This document shows, piece after piece, positions 47,401 through 62,400 of a stretch of 64,000 bases of DNA. Both the position numbers and the translations under genes were made by a program. The DNA is taken from assembly GCA_040954595.2 (NCBI GenBank), contig CM082588.2, positions 4,094,156 through 4,158,155 on the forward strand, in the 5' to 3' direction. Within the stretch, counting starts at the first letter, position 1, and each line of letters opens with the position of its first letter. The stretch comes from Balanoglossus misakiensis. Taxonomy: Eukaryota; Animalia; Hemichordata. The notes below the pieces were generated by a model. It was not told the DNA's origin. It did no database searches and saw only the letters and a list, made by a program, of their open reading frames with translations.

Positions 47401-50400
47401 CTAGGAATACAATGCAGTGAAATAGCCGTACAAGTCCTCTCTCGTCTCGATCCAGGCTCTGGTGAGCGCCTCAAACACAGTGTTGACGTTGCGACCGGTT
47501 TTGGCTGAACATTCGTAGTGCGCGTACGAACCAAACTTCTCCGCAAGTCTCTCGACCTGGCAAAGTGAGACAAAATACGATTAAGAGAACTAGGAAATTA
47601 CGCTTTATCACATGTAGTGTCAATCACGTGACCCCATTTTGGCAGTTTCCTATTACTCTGCTTCGTAGTGAAATCCGATTATCCGGGTCATTTACAGTGC
47701 ACCGTTGCAAGCTATTAATAAAACACGATTGGCGTTTTATTTGAACTTGATTAGACAACACCGAGCTAATTTACAACTCTAGAGAGCGGGAAGGTCTCTA
47801 ATCTATTTAAAACCATTTGACAGCCGCATTTAACGACGTGTCTGGCCCATTTTTGCACAGTATCTAGGTTGTTTACGATGCGGTGACTAAATCACAAATA
47901 CAAGAAGTTAAACGCTGAAATTGTTTTTACCCTCCCGACCTTTTTATTGTTGGGTATTCCGCCGAGAAATTCGCAAAATCTCGCCCAATCTTCGCCACAA
48001 ACTCTTGGGAAATTCTTGCTACCATGGAAACCAATGCCGCCCCACTTTTACATTACAAATATAGCGATTTGTACTTCATATATGCAACATACATTCTTAG
48101 ATAATAATAAAAAATCTCACCTCCTTATGACTGACCATATCTAAAGCTTTCTTGTGGAGATCGTTGTTGTGGAGTTTCTGCCTTAGATCGGATTTACATC
48201 CAACCAATACAAAGGGAACATCTGCGCCACATCGATTGCGTATTTCAGGAAGCCACTGGAGAGAAAAACAGTTGCATCCAGTTGTTGGTGTTTGGGAAAA
48301 AAAGTGACCTTGACCGGATGGTACACATGAACTTGTCAGTACCATTTATTGTGAATGTGTATGATTGGAGAAGTTCAAGGCACCAACATTTATTCATATT
48401 TGGATTATTATATTTTTATCGGCTTATGATGAATAGTCGTTCCAAAATATGGCAGTTGTCGTGTTTATTATGCAGACTCAGCACTTTCGCCATTTTTTTT
48501 CTATGTTCGTTAATGCTTAGAACGAAAACACGATAAATCTTTATTGGGCCATTGCACACGTGAAAAAAACGCAATGGCGGTTTGCACCGTGTGGTATGCT
48601 AATCTGTTTGCCAGAACGACATACATGTATACAGTTATATACAAATATATGGTGTGAAGTACTAGTAAATGTCAAAACACGTATTTATCAGATTCTCAAG
48701 AATCCAGCCGTTCCACGGTCAGGAATGTTGACGATGTTGAATTCAGTCATGATCCAGCGCAAACAGTGTCAAGAACTGATACAAATACGTTAATTGGACA
48801 AAATGGAATTTCGATGTCCACGTATATATAGGATTGGTGTGGGGATGGTAATGGAATTGACTTCAAACATGTTTACTTGGACGATTCGCGTGTACATGTA
48901 CTTTTATCACTGTTTGCATTCTCTCACGGGACACATAGATCTAATATCTCCTGCAGAATTTCAAAGCAGACGATGTGTCCGACTTTTGGTGAGGAGACGG
49001 CCTTGATCTTAAATGGAGGGTCTGCTCCCTTTCATTAACACTTAGTCTAGTGCCATGCAATTCCAATGAATGGTGAATGAAAGGGACCAAAATAAAAATA
49101 GCCAGCGGTAAATATAACCGAAACGACCTACCTTGTATTCTACATGGCGTATCGTGTCTCGTCTGGAAACGTCATAGCACACAACGAACGCGTCAGCGTC
49201 AGCATACGTTAAATTTCGCATACTTTCATAGTCTTCCTGACCTGCAAGAAAAATTCAAACCACGAACAAATATATATGGGGCCATAGAAGATATTTAATG
49301 TATAGCTAACAGCCTCTGAGCTGTCAAAAGCTGTTGTCGATTCATCAGATAGTTGGTTTGTTGAATACATTATTTTTTATTGAATGCTTTACAACATACC
49401 TTCGGCATGTTTGTATTCACATTGCGGTGTCTATCGATAAACTACGTTTCCCACAGCTACTCAAAATATGTTGCCGTAAAGAGGTCGTGGTTTACGACGA
49501 TGTAGTTTCCTATCCATGTTATGCCCTATGGCGCATGGTCGAACGCAGCTATCGAATACATCATCCCCAAAATGATTGTTTTAATAGATGTATGCAAAAT
49601 CCCATGGCAGTTATATGTTGACTGACCTCCGCCTGCTATATCGTGCTAAATCTTTGGAGATTTTAATTAAAATACACCTCTTTAATGATGATGTATGGGT
49701 AGTAACCAATTTACGAATGTTAATAAAAATAAAAAGTATTTTCATCACCCCAATATATTAAGGCTCCCATTAAGTAATTATCTCCAAACGATAAGTAATG
49801 GTTTCCCTTTTCATAAAAATAAATATCTCTCTCTTTAAATTTGCGTCAATAAATCTGTGGGCCATGCTTATTTGAATTGTTGTTTCGCATCAGTGTGTTT
49901 TGTATATTCAAATTTAGCCACAATTCCCATCATAGAAAGTGTAGAACTAGCCAATCCCAGATCTTCAGTGCGTCATTAGAAGACTCAGGCATACTCTTTT
50001 AACCATATATGGGTATATGCAAATTTGAAGGGACTATATTACCTTAGGGCAAGTTTGCTATGTACAATTACATACTGAAGCAAAGTTTGGAACCATAGCC
50101 TTAGGTGGATGAAAAAGCGCAAAACGGCCTAGTTGTTACGGTTTGTACAAATTCCACAGTTCGCTCATCGGAAACTACTGAATAATATGTACCGCTGGCA
50201 CTATCGGTTTTCTTCATAAATCGTGAATATACAAACCAACTGTCTTCATACATACACAAACATTGCATTTGTTCCTTTAAGTGCTTTTCACGATAAAAGC
50301 ATGGACGTCAATATTTGTGCTGAATGCTGTGTTTGAAGACGCAGCTCACGTTTCCATGGCAATTTGTCATCATCAATTACGCGAAATGAACCCCTTAGTC

Positions 50401-53400
50401 TAACCTCACACTATAAAAATATATGCAATATAAATGGGATCTAATTCATCAGCAATGCACTTTGATTTTTCTGTGTTGTGTTTTGTCCCGGAATTTGTAT
50501 CAATTTAACTCAAAGGGCCGATCAATAAATCAGATTTGCAATGGACGTACTTTGGCGAGTATACAGGATCTGTCTTTGTTTCGGAAACGAATATTAATGT
50601 GCAATTGATAGAGTACAGTTGGGCGCTCTGACATCAAGTGTGATGTGGATCAAAAATGTTCAAAAACAAGGTAATCTAGTGTAACCTACCCGAAATATCG
50701 TGAAGAGAGAGCGTGACTTCACTGTCTCCGATTTCGAAGTCAACCACACATGATTCGAATATTGCCAACTCGTGACCCTGAAAGACATAAAAGACAACGG
50801 AATGCTATAATTGATGAAGAACACGAATACTAGATACTTGAGTATGATATTCGTCATTTGGTCAAAATTTTCTGTGTGTGTGTGTGTCTCTCTCTCTCTG
50901 TCCGCTTCTCTCTCCGTCCCCTCTCTCTGTCTCCTCTCTTTCTTTGTATATCAAACATCTGATCAGATATCTTGCCTCGCTTGACATTTAAATATGCAAC
51001 ACTATCTCGTGACGTCACGACAACATACTATACATCTTTGTCTTCTCATGTACTCAAAAGATAAGTGAAATTCCTGTCGACATTCGAGAATACCGTATCA
51101 CATCATCTCGAGGATACTCAATAATTTTCCGTGCGCAATTCCAGAATGGTGCAACTCCCGTGGGGATAATGAGGATATAAGATAACAAATCAATAACTTA
51201 AAGGTATCGTGTACCTGTGGTGATTGATATCTTGCTGAATATTCTGGCTCGATTTATGCGTTCTCAACTCGATCGATCTAAGGGGGCTTTCAGATACTAC
51301 GGGAAGGGGGATTGGGGATGGTTCACCACGTAAAGTTTGACCCTCCCCCATTTCCCCTGGCCCACCCCTCATAATAACTGAAAACTCCCTATGTCTACTC
51401 ATGTCGAGTAACGCATGTACATGTACGAGCAACTGATGACGTACACCTGGACACAACACCATATAGCCAAGGGAGGAACTCCATATTATCTGACCGGAGC
51501 CAGTGGCCTTCAATGATAGACGCTAGACTTCTCAACGTAAATGAGCACCCAGTAGCTTTATACAACGAGATTGTACTGAGGAGATTTACCTGCATACGCG
51601 GCAATGCAATTTAACCGTATTACTAGTAGGCTATAAAGTCTAATCGCATATTAACAGAATGAGACTCCCCACGGGTCTCTGGTGATTGATAACGTTCTCC
51701 CCAGACGTTTAATATGGCTACCGTCGCTGTCGTGCGCGGCACGGCTTAACCTTTGCGGGATCCGACACACCTGTACACGTCACGTGCTAACCCGCTGTCG
51801 TGGCAACAAATCAGCTTACACTCGATGTCACGTTCTTTTATATCAAGAGTTATGGGAAAGTGCACTATCGATTATGGTTGCGACATCATTGCTTCCTAAC
51901 CACAAGATGATGTTTTCTTTCAAGTATAGCTGGGTGCATGCATGTGTGTGTTGATAAAAAAGGAACATGAAAATTGGAGTAGATACATTACATGAAACTC
52001 CACACCACATATCATCATATTTACTGAATAACAATATTCTGTGGCAGGCGGTATGAGGCTGTATATGTATCCAGCCTTACCGAAGAAACACGCAGCAGCT
52101 ATGCTAGTACATGTATATATATTGATGTACTATCAATAGTAATAGACACTGTGTCTACCTTCTTGGGGGCATTTTTTCACAGATCTCTATTACGTCTTGG
52201 CGTCCCAGCGGCAGTAATTACAACCAACAATGATTAAGGCTTGGGGACAAAGCAGCATCTGACATCGCCATCACAGGTGGCGTGTCTTGTATCTATGGAT
52301 ACCCGACACTTTGCACTCTGCCATATTGAATGAAAACCGCCAAGAAACTGCGCCATTTACTCCGCGTGTACAAGTGCGCGTATCTATACATTCAAAGAAG
52401 ACGCACAACTTCAGCCACATCCAACCACGAAGCGCACCGACCACGGTCATTGTGCAGTGTTACCATGGTAACGTTGTATTAATGTTTCTTGCGCGCTAAC
52501 AGCCCCGGGGGGAAATTAATGCAATTCAATTCACAGGAAACTTTCGAAATGGGGATACTATGCCGAGGGGTGGGATCATTATTTGCTGCGAGGGCGTTGT
52601 CTCGTCCCATTCCTCAGTGATGATGAACTTCAATCCACGGTCTAATAACCTGGATTATGCGGGAATCAGTTCAAATATTCCCGATATACTTTTCCGCCGA
52701 TGCTTGGAATTCGATGTCTTTTCCAGGTCACGAATCAAACATCATTGTAATTCAGAGCAAGCTCGGGTACCTTCCACAGAACAATCCCTGTTCTAAACAC
52801 GGATGCAGATAAGAATGTTGTCAAATTGGGATGCGTTGGTTCCCTGAAATTCGACAAATTTACACAGGCATTTTACTACCCATTCCTCAGAGAAAACTGC
52901 TGATTCTAGATTCGCCAAAGACGAGTCCTCGTTCTCGTGGTGACACAGTTTAAACCTTCAGCACTGAATGTCTGAGTCTTGACGCACGTAAAGCGCGGAT
53001 TGCGTACGAAGCCATAAAACTCTCGACGACTGGAGCTGATTACGTCATCGTAAATTTGAGGCGCGTCCATGTCCTTAATTATCCAACACTGTAATGTCAG
53101 AGGAAGATTGAAGGATGAGACGTGCGTGAGTCTGTATAATTGGGGGATACGTGCGCAGCCAGTCGTAGGAGGTCTGGAATTGAACCGCGGGCTTGTATCA
53201 TGGCTTGTAATGCCGCCACACGAGTCATCGAACATTCACCATCATCGCGAGGATCCCTGATTTATTCTGCGTGTATCGGTGTCAAAACTCCGATCTGCGG
53301 GAGACATCACCACTTAAATGCCGTCGAAAGCCAAAAGTTGCATTAACCTCATATGAGAAAGGTCTATAGGCCAAGCAATCGACGGTATCAGCGTTTGTGT

Positions 53401-56400
53401 GTCTATAACAAAACCAGTCTCCTCATAAATCCCCACACGTGCGACTGATTGATAACGGAAGAAAGAAGAAAATTTATTTTGTTAATTTTTTTATTTGACT
53501 GCCTAGCATCAATAAAATGAACTTACTGAACTTTGAGAAATAGCCTTCACCAAGGAGGCTGGAATCGATTAGAATAATCGAAGCCAGATATGTAAAAAAA
53601 GAGAAGACATTTCTTTGAGTGATGAAGTTCCAGGCCCAATAGTTTATTCTGCTAACCAAAATAGTTAAAAACATATCGGAGAGATCTGCCTGTATTCACT
53701 GTGCCTTAAACAGTTAATGGGGAACGTGTGTTTGCCATAAAGTACAGCTATCGGTGAATATAAAACCAACATCTGTGACCAGAGCATCTTTCGCTTCGAC
53801 GATGCATCGTGAATGACAATGCGTCTTTAATGATACGCAGTCCATTCAAACCCACGCACCACACTTTCTTGTGTCTCATTATTAGATTTTACTCTCTTTC
53901 TCGACGAAAGGGTGGTGACGTCACACACAGTTACGACGCCTCATTAAAAACCACAGCCACCACCGTGCCAATCACGCATACAGAGGCTCACGTCGCGGGT
54001 GCAGACTGAATTCTTTAAACTCGGTTTTTATATCTTTATCGATAGAGTCAATTTGCCAACAGTTCTGCTTACGACCCAATTTGCCGCCGCGAGTAAACTC
54101 GGATGTGTATTTTGACTGTGGGCTGTCATTTCTCACACATGTATAGGCATAGTGGATGCTCCCTGGAGTTAACTGTGAGATTTTCCAAGAGTGTGCCGCG
54201 GTTGAAAACTGACGTTGCGTTGTCAACGTCCTATGAGAACGAGATAGCTTCGGACTTCTTGTTTAAATGAAGTTGCTCCCCAATCGTTCAAACTCTCTGG
54301 TGACGTTCTCCCTGTATCTACACGCCTACCCCTTCGACCCGGTAATGTTATAAATGCTGGTACATGTGCTTATGCGCATCGGGTGTTTTGTAAGAACCAT
54401 TCACCACCGACGTGCGGGGAATCTGGTACTTGTGGGAATTAGCACCTTTCCTGTTGGGAATTTTGACACCCTCGCAGCCTAGTTATATCAAGCGCCATAT
54501 TGAATGTCACAACACCTGTTTGCCCAGGCCTCGTTTGAAACCATCCAATGTCGGATAAGGTCAACCTCTCACCACACCTGTCTTTTTGGACATTTTTTCA
54601 AGGTCCTTCATCTTCAATAAATCTTTTTCAGAGCTTTATAGTCGCGAAATGAATGAGAAAAGAGGTGACAACTGAAGATTTGTCTTGTCGAGTGGGACAG
54701 CGGACAAAAGGCATCAGACGCGGAACATTCCCGGCTGACAATGTGCTATACAAACGCACACACAGTTAACGAGGTGGCAAGTGTCGTTGTGGGCCTCGCC
54801 CGACAAACGTGACTACTACAAACAACGAACAGATCAAATAAAAGCACAAACGAATGCCCGTTTTGAAATGCTAAAAATACCTATTGGCTTATGCGCTAAC
54901 TTTCTTATACAATATCCGACTCCAATGACAAACTAAAAGCTATTGACCCCAGAGAGGAGGCACGAACTCACATCAATGTACTATGAGGTCACAAACGTCG
55001 ACAAACTGAACGGGCAGAATGACAAATGACAGAAGTAACAGACAGTCATCTTTGGACACAATGACAGTCGCAGAGAGGTAATCCGAAGAAATTGGAAAGG
55101 TAGCCAATTATTTTTCTCAAGGACGATAAAGGACGAAAACGGTCGACCCAGCGCGGCGAATACATCCCCTGTGATGATGTGTGCCAGTGTTAAGGGAGAG
55201 ATGGGGTTATTTGTCAAGGACTTGATGCTGAAATGCAATGGCACAATCCCCAAGTCAGTATCGATTGAAACGTGCCAGTTTACCAATCACCCGTATTGAC
55301 ATGTTTGCTGCAAGTAGAACCCTCGAAGCTTTATGGCTAGGCTGATTCTGAGAGCTAGCTTTCAATGAGACTTTGACTCTTCCCAGTACACGTGGACCCT
55401 TTTAGGGAAAAAACTGAATACCATATACATTTATTCCCAACACGTTTCTGTACTCAGCCGTAAAAGCGTCAAAGTGGCATGAACAATGACTTTGGCTTTC
55501 GTCGAGTTTTCTGAAGTGACGTCACATGACCATCATGGTCTAACATATCAGAAAATCCTAAAGTGCTTCCTTTTGACTAATGTTCTATCTCTCAAACTAA
55601 ACTATGCACCTTTGCAGTATTCGGCAAATGCATAGAGACACAAATAGCTGACATCTGAACACGAAATACTTCAGTCTTGCTTGAGTTGACCCTCTGTGAA
55701 ACAGCTGCATGACTGATCGACGCGGTGCGGTCATCTTGGGCAGCAGGGTCTTATCAAATTATACCGCAGAGGGGTAGAAATCAGAGTAGCTCGCAAATAT
55801 ATTTGTGTACATTTTCTTGTCGGAGCCATCCGTCAGAGACGGTCGGATCACGAGACACATACCCAAACCTCTTATCAGTGAGCGATATCGCTGCCAAGAC
55901 TACTCGTTATTATCAGAAACACTGTACGACAGCTCACGATGTTTTTTTTTTGGAATTGGCGGTCAAAAATGGCGGTCACGCCTGATAAAGATGTTTGTGG
56001 TATAGTCGTATCACAGGCAAGCCTGATATCAATCATCCCGGCCTTGGCGTCGCTGTTTTTTCGGCTGCTTGTCACGAAGCTAAACATTTGTCATGTAACT
56101 TTATCCAACAGTTGGCGAGGATAGTGTGTCGGCACTGACATTCACCCGTAGAAAATAAAACACGTTTTAACTTGAGAACGTTCTCTTTCGGGTAAAGTTC
56201 AACAGGGAGGTAACGCACTGTATCAACGTACGCTATACCTTTTGTGTTTAGCGACTACTGTGAACTGGGCTAAAAGCTCTCCTCAGAGTGTTTGAATTTG
56301 TTAAGAGTGGAGTGCACGGCAGCTCAGAGGTTGCTCATGTGGAAAATCTCCTTGATATAATTAACCTAACAAGACTCGCCAATTCATAGATTCCTTGTCA

Positions 56401-59400
56401 TGAATTGGTATAGGCAGTCCTAGTTTAGGTCACCATACACCCTAACCCGGTTAACTAGATACCTGGCGTGGGGCTTCGCTGGATTTCCATGTTCGATCGA
56501 TTGTTTTACTTACCCGTGCCGATTTCATAGTAAACGGGTTCGGAAAATATGAGATGACAGAAACAAATTTAAGCCCGAATAAGATTCGGATACCCACTTT
56601 TAATTCAGTCATGCACTAACATTTTTGTCGCTGTGTACTAAACAAAATTAAAGTTACACTGTCTAGATTGTATAGATCAATTTGTTTCATAAATGAAATA
56701 AAATCCACATGAATTGATTCTAATAGGGTTGGCCAGAAATCTACTGAACTAGAATTTCAGTACGCATAGTATCAATGTCGTGTTGATCCAGTCAGAGTTC
56801 AGTTGTTTAGCTTTTTACAGGAATACAAACTCGTGCAGACAGAAAACTATTACAGTCTGTCTGAACATTTGGCGCCAAGATTTAGTCTGCAGCTACTTGT
56901 GTTTTGCAGCAGAGCATCGACTTTCCCTTGGCTATCTCGCGTGCCGCACCACAACTCGACAAACAGTCAAAGTTCTGAAGATTACACCCCTCCTCAAAGG
57001 GACATTGTCCCATCATACGCTGAAAAGAATCTCCCCCTTTGAAAAGCACTACATACTATACTGAGTGTTGTTTCCCGGGCGATAAGTATAATATCCAATA
57101 TCTCCTCTTCACGTGACCTTTGACCAATCAGAAGTCGCTATCTGAAGCAAAATGATTCTTCGGGGAACTTGAGTTCAAAAGGAGGAGGTTATGGCCTTGA
57201 AACGTACGTAAGATTTACCGACCTAAATCTGTTATCTTACGCTCGTCGCGACGACAGAAACAAAACAGCAACGAAGGAACGTGGTTTATCTTGTTGGGCA
57301 TGTTTTACCATAGCGTCCAAACTGACTTCGAAGGTCAACAAACTACAAGGCAAGCAGTATACAGACAGGCAAATACCGCTGTATTTGCTCGAAATTGATA
57401 GCCACCTGTGCGTCGGACAGTCGTAGGTCTGCACGAAAACACACGTTAATACATCTCGCAGTTTACAGAGGGTCATTTACTGCCGACAGATAGGTCCCCA
57501 GCGTACACGCTGTATCTAATCTCGCCAGATGTAATCAAAACTGGGCCGAACACGGAGACAGGTATCAGCCACAGGCTTAATGGTCGAGTTGTCCTTCGGG
57601 GTTCGAATCGTTAGAAGGCCTCATGCCAATACAGTCATTAGACCCGTCTCCCCGGAGTACAGGCGCGGCTCTGACGGGTAGAGCACGCTTGGCTTTGATG
57701 GTTATTCACAGTTTACGACCGGTTATATTTTACTCACATGAGAACTGATTTTACCCGAGGGGTGGGATCGCAAAGTCTGAGAACGTACATGCGCGCGGGT
57801 CCGTGCGATTAGCCTTAAACTCTTTCCGTACCTACGCAGTTTCTCTCTCAATTCTCGATTGCAAGACATCCCAATGTTATAAGTGCTGTTTGTTTTCGGA
57901 CTTCGTGACTAAAACACAGTAGCCTTGCAGATTGCAAATGAATAATTGATGTCACTTTCGGGGGGACTTTATATAGTTGCTGGCTTGCCTTTTGAGGGCA
58001 ATCTCACCGCCGAGAAGTTAATAACATCGTGTGTATACGTGCATGCCAAATCCAATGGCTGTCTCTGAAACCATCAATAATGCATCATCAAAACGCCGCT
58101 GCACATTTGCGAAGCATTTCCCCTGAAAGAAAAAAAAACGTCGGTCTCTTCAAAAAGGACAGCGGTGAATTTGCAAGTGTGCTTCGCAGTTCTCTTTCCC
58201 GGGCATCTCAGCATGGCGCGTTGAAACATTTTCTCCTCGATCGGCGCCATCATAAATGTGGGATGATTCTCGCCGCGAGCGATCGATGGTGAATCCGATC
58301 GATATGTCTGACATCAACGGGCAGCTGGCCCGGCCTGCGTGCATACACGCTCACGTTGACTAATCAAGACAAGCCTTGTCTGCTTCTAAACTCACTGTGA
58401 AGGACCTTGACGATATTTCATACTTTTTGCAAAAGCTTGGTACATGTAAATGCAAACAATCGCTGAACACGATTTGTTGGGAACAGTTTCGGGTTCTCCT
58501 TGTGTGTTTACGTCGATACGTGCAAGCTGGAATGGTCAATTTAAACCGTCAGGCTTATACTAGTATTTGACATGCCTCATTACTTTACATTTGCTTACAT
58601 GCACGTAGCTCTACCATTAAAGCAACGTGATAAATAACGGTTGTGATTGTACACTATCAACTTCGACTGCTTTGATTATTAAACAAACCCGGTTCAGCTA
58701 CCAAACATGAACTGTCATGAATCAATGCAACTGCATCTATTTATCAAGGATCGACTATTATCTATTGTAGGTACGTTTGTATGGGCGCATGTGTCCACGT
58801 TGAGAAAAATGCCACTGAAAAAGATATTTATCGAGGAAGAGCTTGAAATAGCAACTGAACACCGTAAACAAATATCAATAACAGGGAACCACAAAAAGGA
58901 AAGTCTTCATGTACTCTGATCAGTACGAATTATTTTTTCTTTATCTTCGAGTTAATTGACTGTCATTAAACCACCACTTTTCATACGAGGCACGGAGTCT
59001 AACGCATGACGTCACCGTCCTTGCTAATCCACCAGCGGGAAGATTGTCGTCCGTCTAGCAATCCTGTGTTGAATTATTACCTAGACATAATCTGATGTAA
59101 GCGATCACAACTCGATCATATATCAACCAATTTCGTGGCATGTTGAGGTGAACCGAAACCGACTTAATTCAAATTTTGATAAGGGGATGTGTACGAGTTG
59201 AACTGATTGATCGTCAGCGTGGAAAAGAAATTCTGTTGAAATATATGATGTAAGGTTTATTGATGCGAAGATTTCCATGCCATGACGTCATTACTGTACC
59301 AATGCATTGGACCTAACTGCCACGAACGGATTAGTTCGCTATTCCCATATTGCTTTAACGTCTAGATGCAACGGATATTGGAACTTGCACTTCGGACCTC

Positions 59401-62400
59401 GTCCTCCACAATTTCAATAATTGAAATTTCATTTTTTCTAAAAAAAGAATTTCTATCAAATACATTGGGTTTTTGTAACTTCAAACTAAGGTCTACACAG
59501 TGGACTGATTGAGTCAGTGTAGTGTCCGGGTCACTATGCACAGTTACTTGATTCTCAAATCTAAAATAGCCACGCTACTTAAGATATGTGTATACACTCC
59601 TCGGCAGGGACAACTGATACAGCCAACTTCAAAACAGTCCAAATATCGGTGACCATTATCAAATTCGGGTCACGCTGACCTTTGCATGACTCTGAAAGCA
59701 CGGTTTGGAGAACAACGATTTACGACTTGAGTATATGCGATCTGCGTCTCAGCACAACGCATAAAGTGATATCTAAGTATAGGCTTACGTGCGGAATCTG
59801 CGTATGAATTTTGATGGATTTTTACGATTCAAGTTGCTGTTCCCCACACATAACATTTGAAACAAAATTTCGTTTCATATTTAAGATCTGACCTAAACGC
59901 AGCTGGTGATTCTCGGAAATCATCCTTGACAAGCCTCGTCGATATCGTTTACAATACCGAGTCTGTGATGACATTTTGTTCTGCATCGGAATGGTAAAGC
60001 ACGTCTGAGACAAAGGCAGCATTATGGCATAACGTGGAATGAATAGACCGACTGTGTGACGGTGATCGTTTGCATGCAGACAAATCGTAGTTAGTGACAG
60101 CTCTTCAAAGGATTTCAAGTACCTCGATGCTCAATCTCCGTTAAGACAGTAGGTTTTCGCGTGACTAGCATGAGACTGACGCCAGCATGAATGTTTCAGT
60201 CGGTACGAAGACCTGGGCACATGTCATCATGGTCAGGTATGACCATTATCGCGTCGATGATTCGACTGACCAACCTCACTAAAGAAAAGTGGGGAAAGAC
60301 ATAGACAATACAATAGACTCCAGTCTTGGTTACAGTGGGTAGAAATACACTAAGACACCAAGACCTCTCGACCCTACATGACCTTTCTTGCTACAGAATC
60401 ACAATTTCAGTTGGATGGAAAGAGCAGCACTTTTCTATCTGTCAAATTGTGCGATTCGTGATCGACTATCTTACTGAGATTAATATCACTGGAATAAACA
60501 TGTCGTCAGTCAGGCACTGGCAGACAGACCGACGAACCCACTGTGACACTGTGGCGACTTACGCCTCTCTTGACTGCTGGAGTTGGGGCAAAGGTGCCTG
60601 ATTTATTTAATCATCATACATTCATGCATAAACGAGGGTTTCCGTTAACCCTGTTATCCATGAGCACTGACGTCACGTAAAAGCTTCTGGGAAAATATTG
60701 GGTATGTCACATGACAACTGTCAAGAATGAACGAGAATGAGAATGCAAATTACGTCACTCTATATTTAGAAAATAACTCTAGCGTGGTTACCACCTGTCG
60801 TGTTAAGAGTGAATTCGATCAATTAAATCTGCAAGTGAGTGACTCTGTGTGGAATCGGTGAACTGTCAGTTCCGTGTACATTGTCCACCGACTTACGTCA
60901 GATCGATAAGACCATAGGAAGAAAGGAAATTGTTGTTCTTACAGCCTTTACAAGATCGATCTATTGGTATTTCAGAACGTAGATGGTCAAACTATTTGTG
61001 GTGGTCAGTAATACGACAGGTGATAGACGCTCTCGGCGACCTCTGCTAGGTTTTAGAATGTGGGTTTGCCCAGGCATAACTGCTATACAACTCCTTTCAG
61101 CTCACACTTACTCTAAAACGGAAGTACATATGTACACGACATGAAAAGTCTGGTCGCACGGCATGGCGCTTATTTCATGTTTTACAGAGCCCTCCTACTA
61201 GCTGCAGATAGCGAGCGACAAGTCGTCTGTATTGAGATTTACGGCAGGTTTTATATGCCACACTTTCATCTGAACCGTCGCTTTATATAGCCACGTTTAT
61301 GTACGTGTTACACTGATAACGCGCGTCTCCTTCGATTCAGCGATGAACCAGAAACGTGAGTGATTGTTGGAGGTCTCTACGGTCATAAACTCGAACTTTT
61401 TAATTTCCTCGATCGATTGCCTGAGGTCCCGATACGATTTCAATATCCTCCGAGAAATTGCTATTATCGGAATTTTAGTCCGAGCCGCTGTAATAACTGT
61501 TTGGAGGTCGCTTTAATGGTGACAGATTAACCCTCGATAAGGAAAACATTTCCCTGTCAAATTTAAGTGACTCTCTGCAGTGTTACAATGAAGCCAGGGG
61601 CTATATGATATATTTTTGCTGTGCTCACCTTGGGATGTTTCTTTCGTTGTTTCACGAGATTTAGTAATTAAAGTACGTATGCTACGGGGACAGAATACCA
61701 CGGGGAAAAGTGAAGCAGTGTTTTGATATTTTGACACTTTCATCGTTTGCTGTTTCGACGTGTGAAGGCACATCAATATTCCGAACCCGATGTCGAACAC
61801 TAAGGCGACCTCGTCTTCCCTGCCTCATTTCCTGCGCAAAATCCTGTCCTCGTGAGTTTAGGTGAGCAAATCGATGATGAATCGGGGTCAGCCAAAGCAA
61901 ATTAGGCCGTCCACCAAATTATGCCAGTGATGAATCGATGCTCTCTTTTGGCACGGGTCACACTTCTTAACATCACAAAATAAATCTCCACCATTGGTAT
62001 GTTTTCTGGCGTTGAGGAATGGGAGAGGGCCCAAGGTCAAGTTAAAGAACGATAAGATACGGTTTTTGAATCCCAGGTGGCGGGTGTCGGTCAAAGACCA
62101 TTTATCCTACGGCGTTTTACAAATTATTAACATACATTTGTGTTGTCATTTTTGTTGGTTTGTTGATAGATGGGAGACTGATGGAACAGGTATGTGTCTC
62201 TGTCCCTTTAAGTATTCACGGTGTCTTTTTTCACCATCACGGTTTGAGGCGGGACGCCACACACATGGTTATTCAAGATTCCGACGCTAATCCGGGATTG
62301 ACGAAAAGACTACGACTCAAACAAGCACACAATAAACGTTATCTCTGCTACGTGCACCCAGTCGATGCGATTTTAGGTCAACCATGCACAATTTATCTGC

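Noticed and set aside
57570-57630. A-box-like GGCTTAATGG and B-box GGTTCGAATC suggesting a tRNA
   Set aside because: The boxes are only about 16 nt apart and no cloverleaf or acceptor stem can be built. At most a SINE relic.
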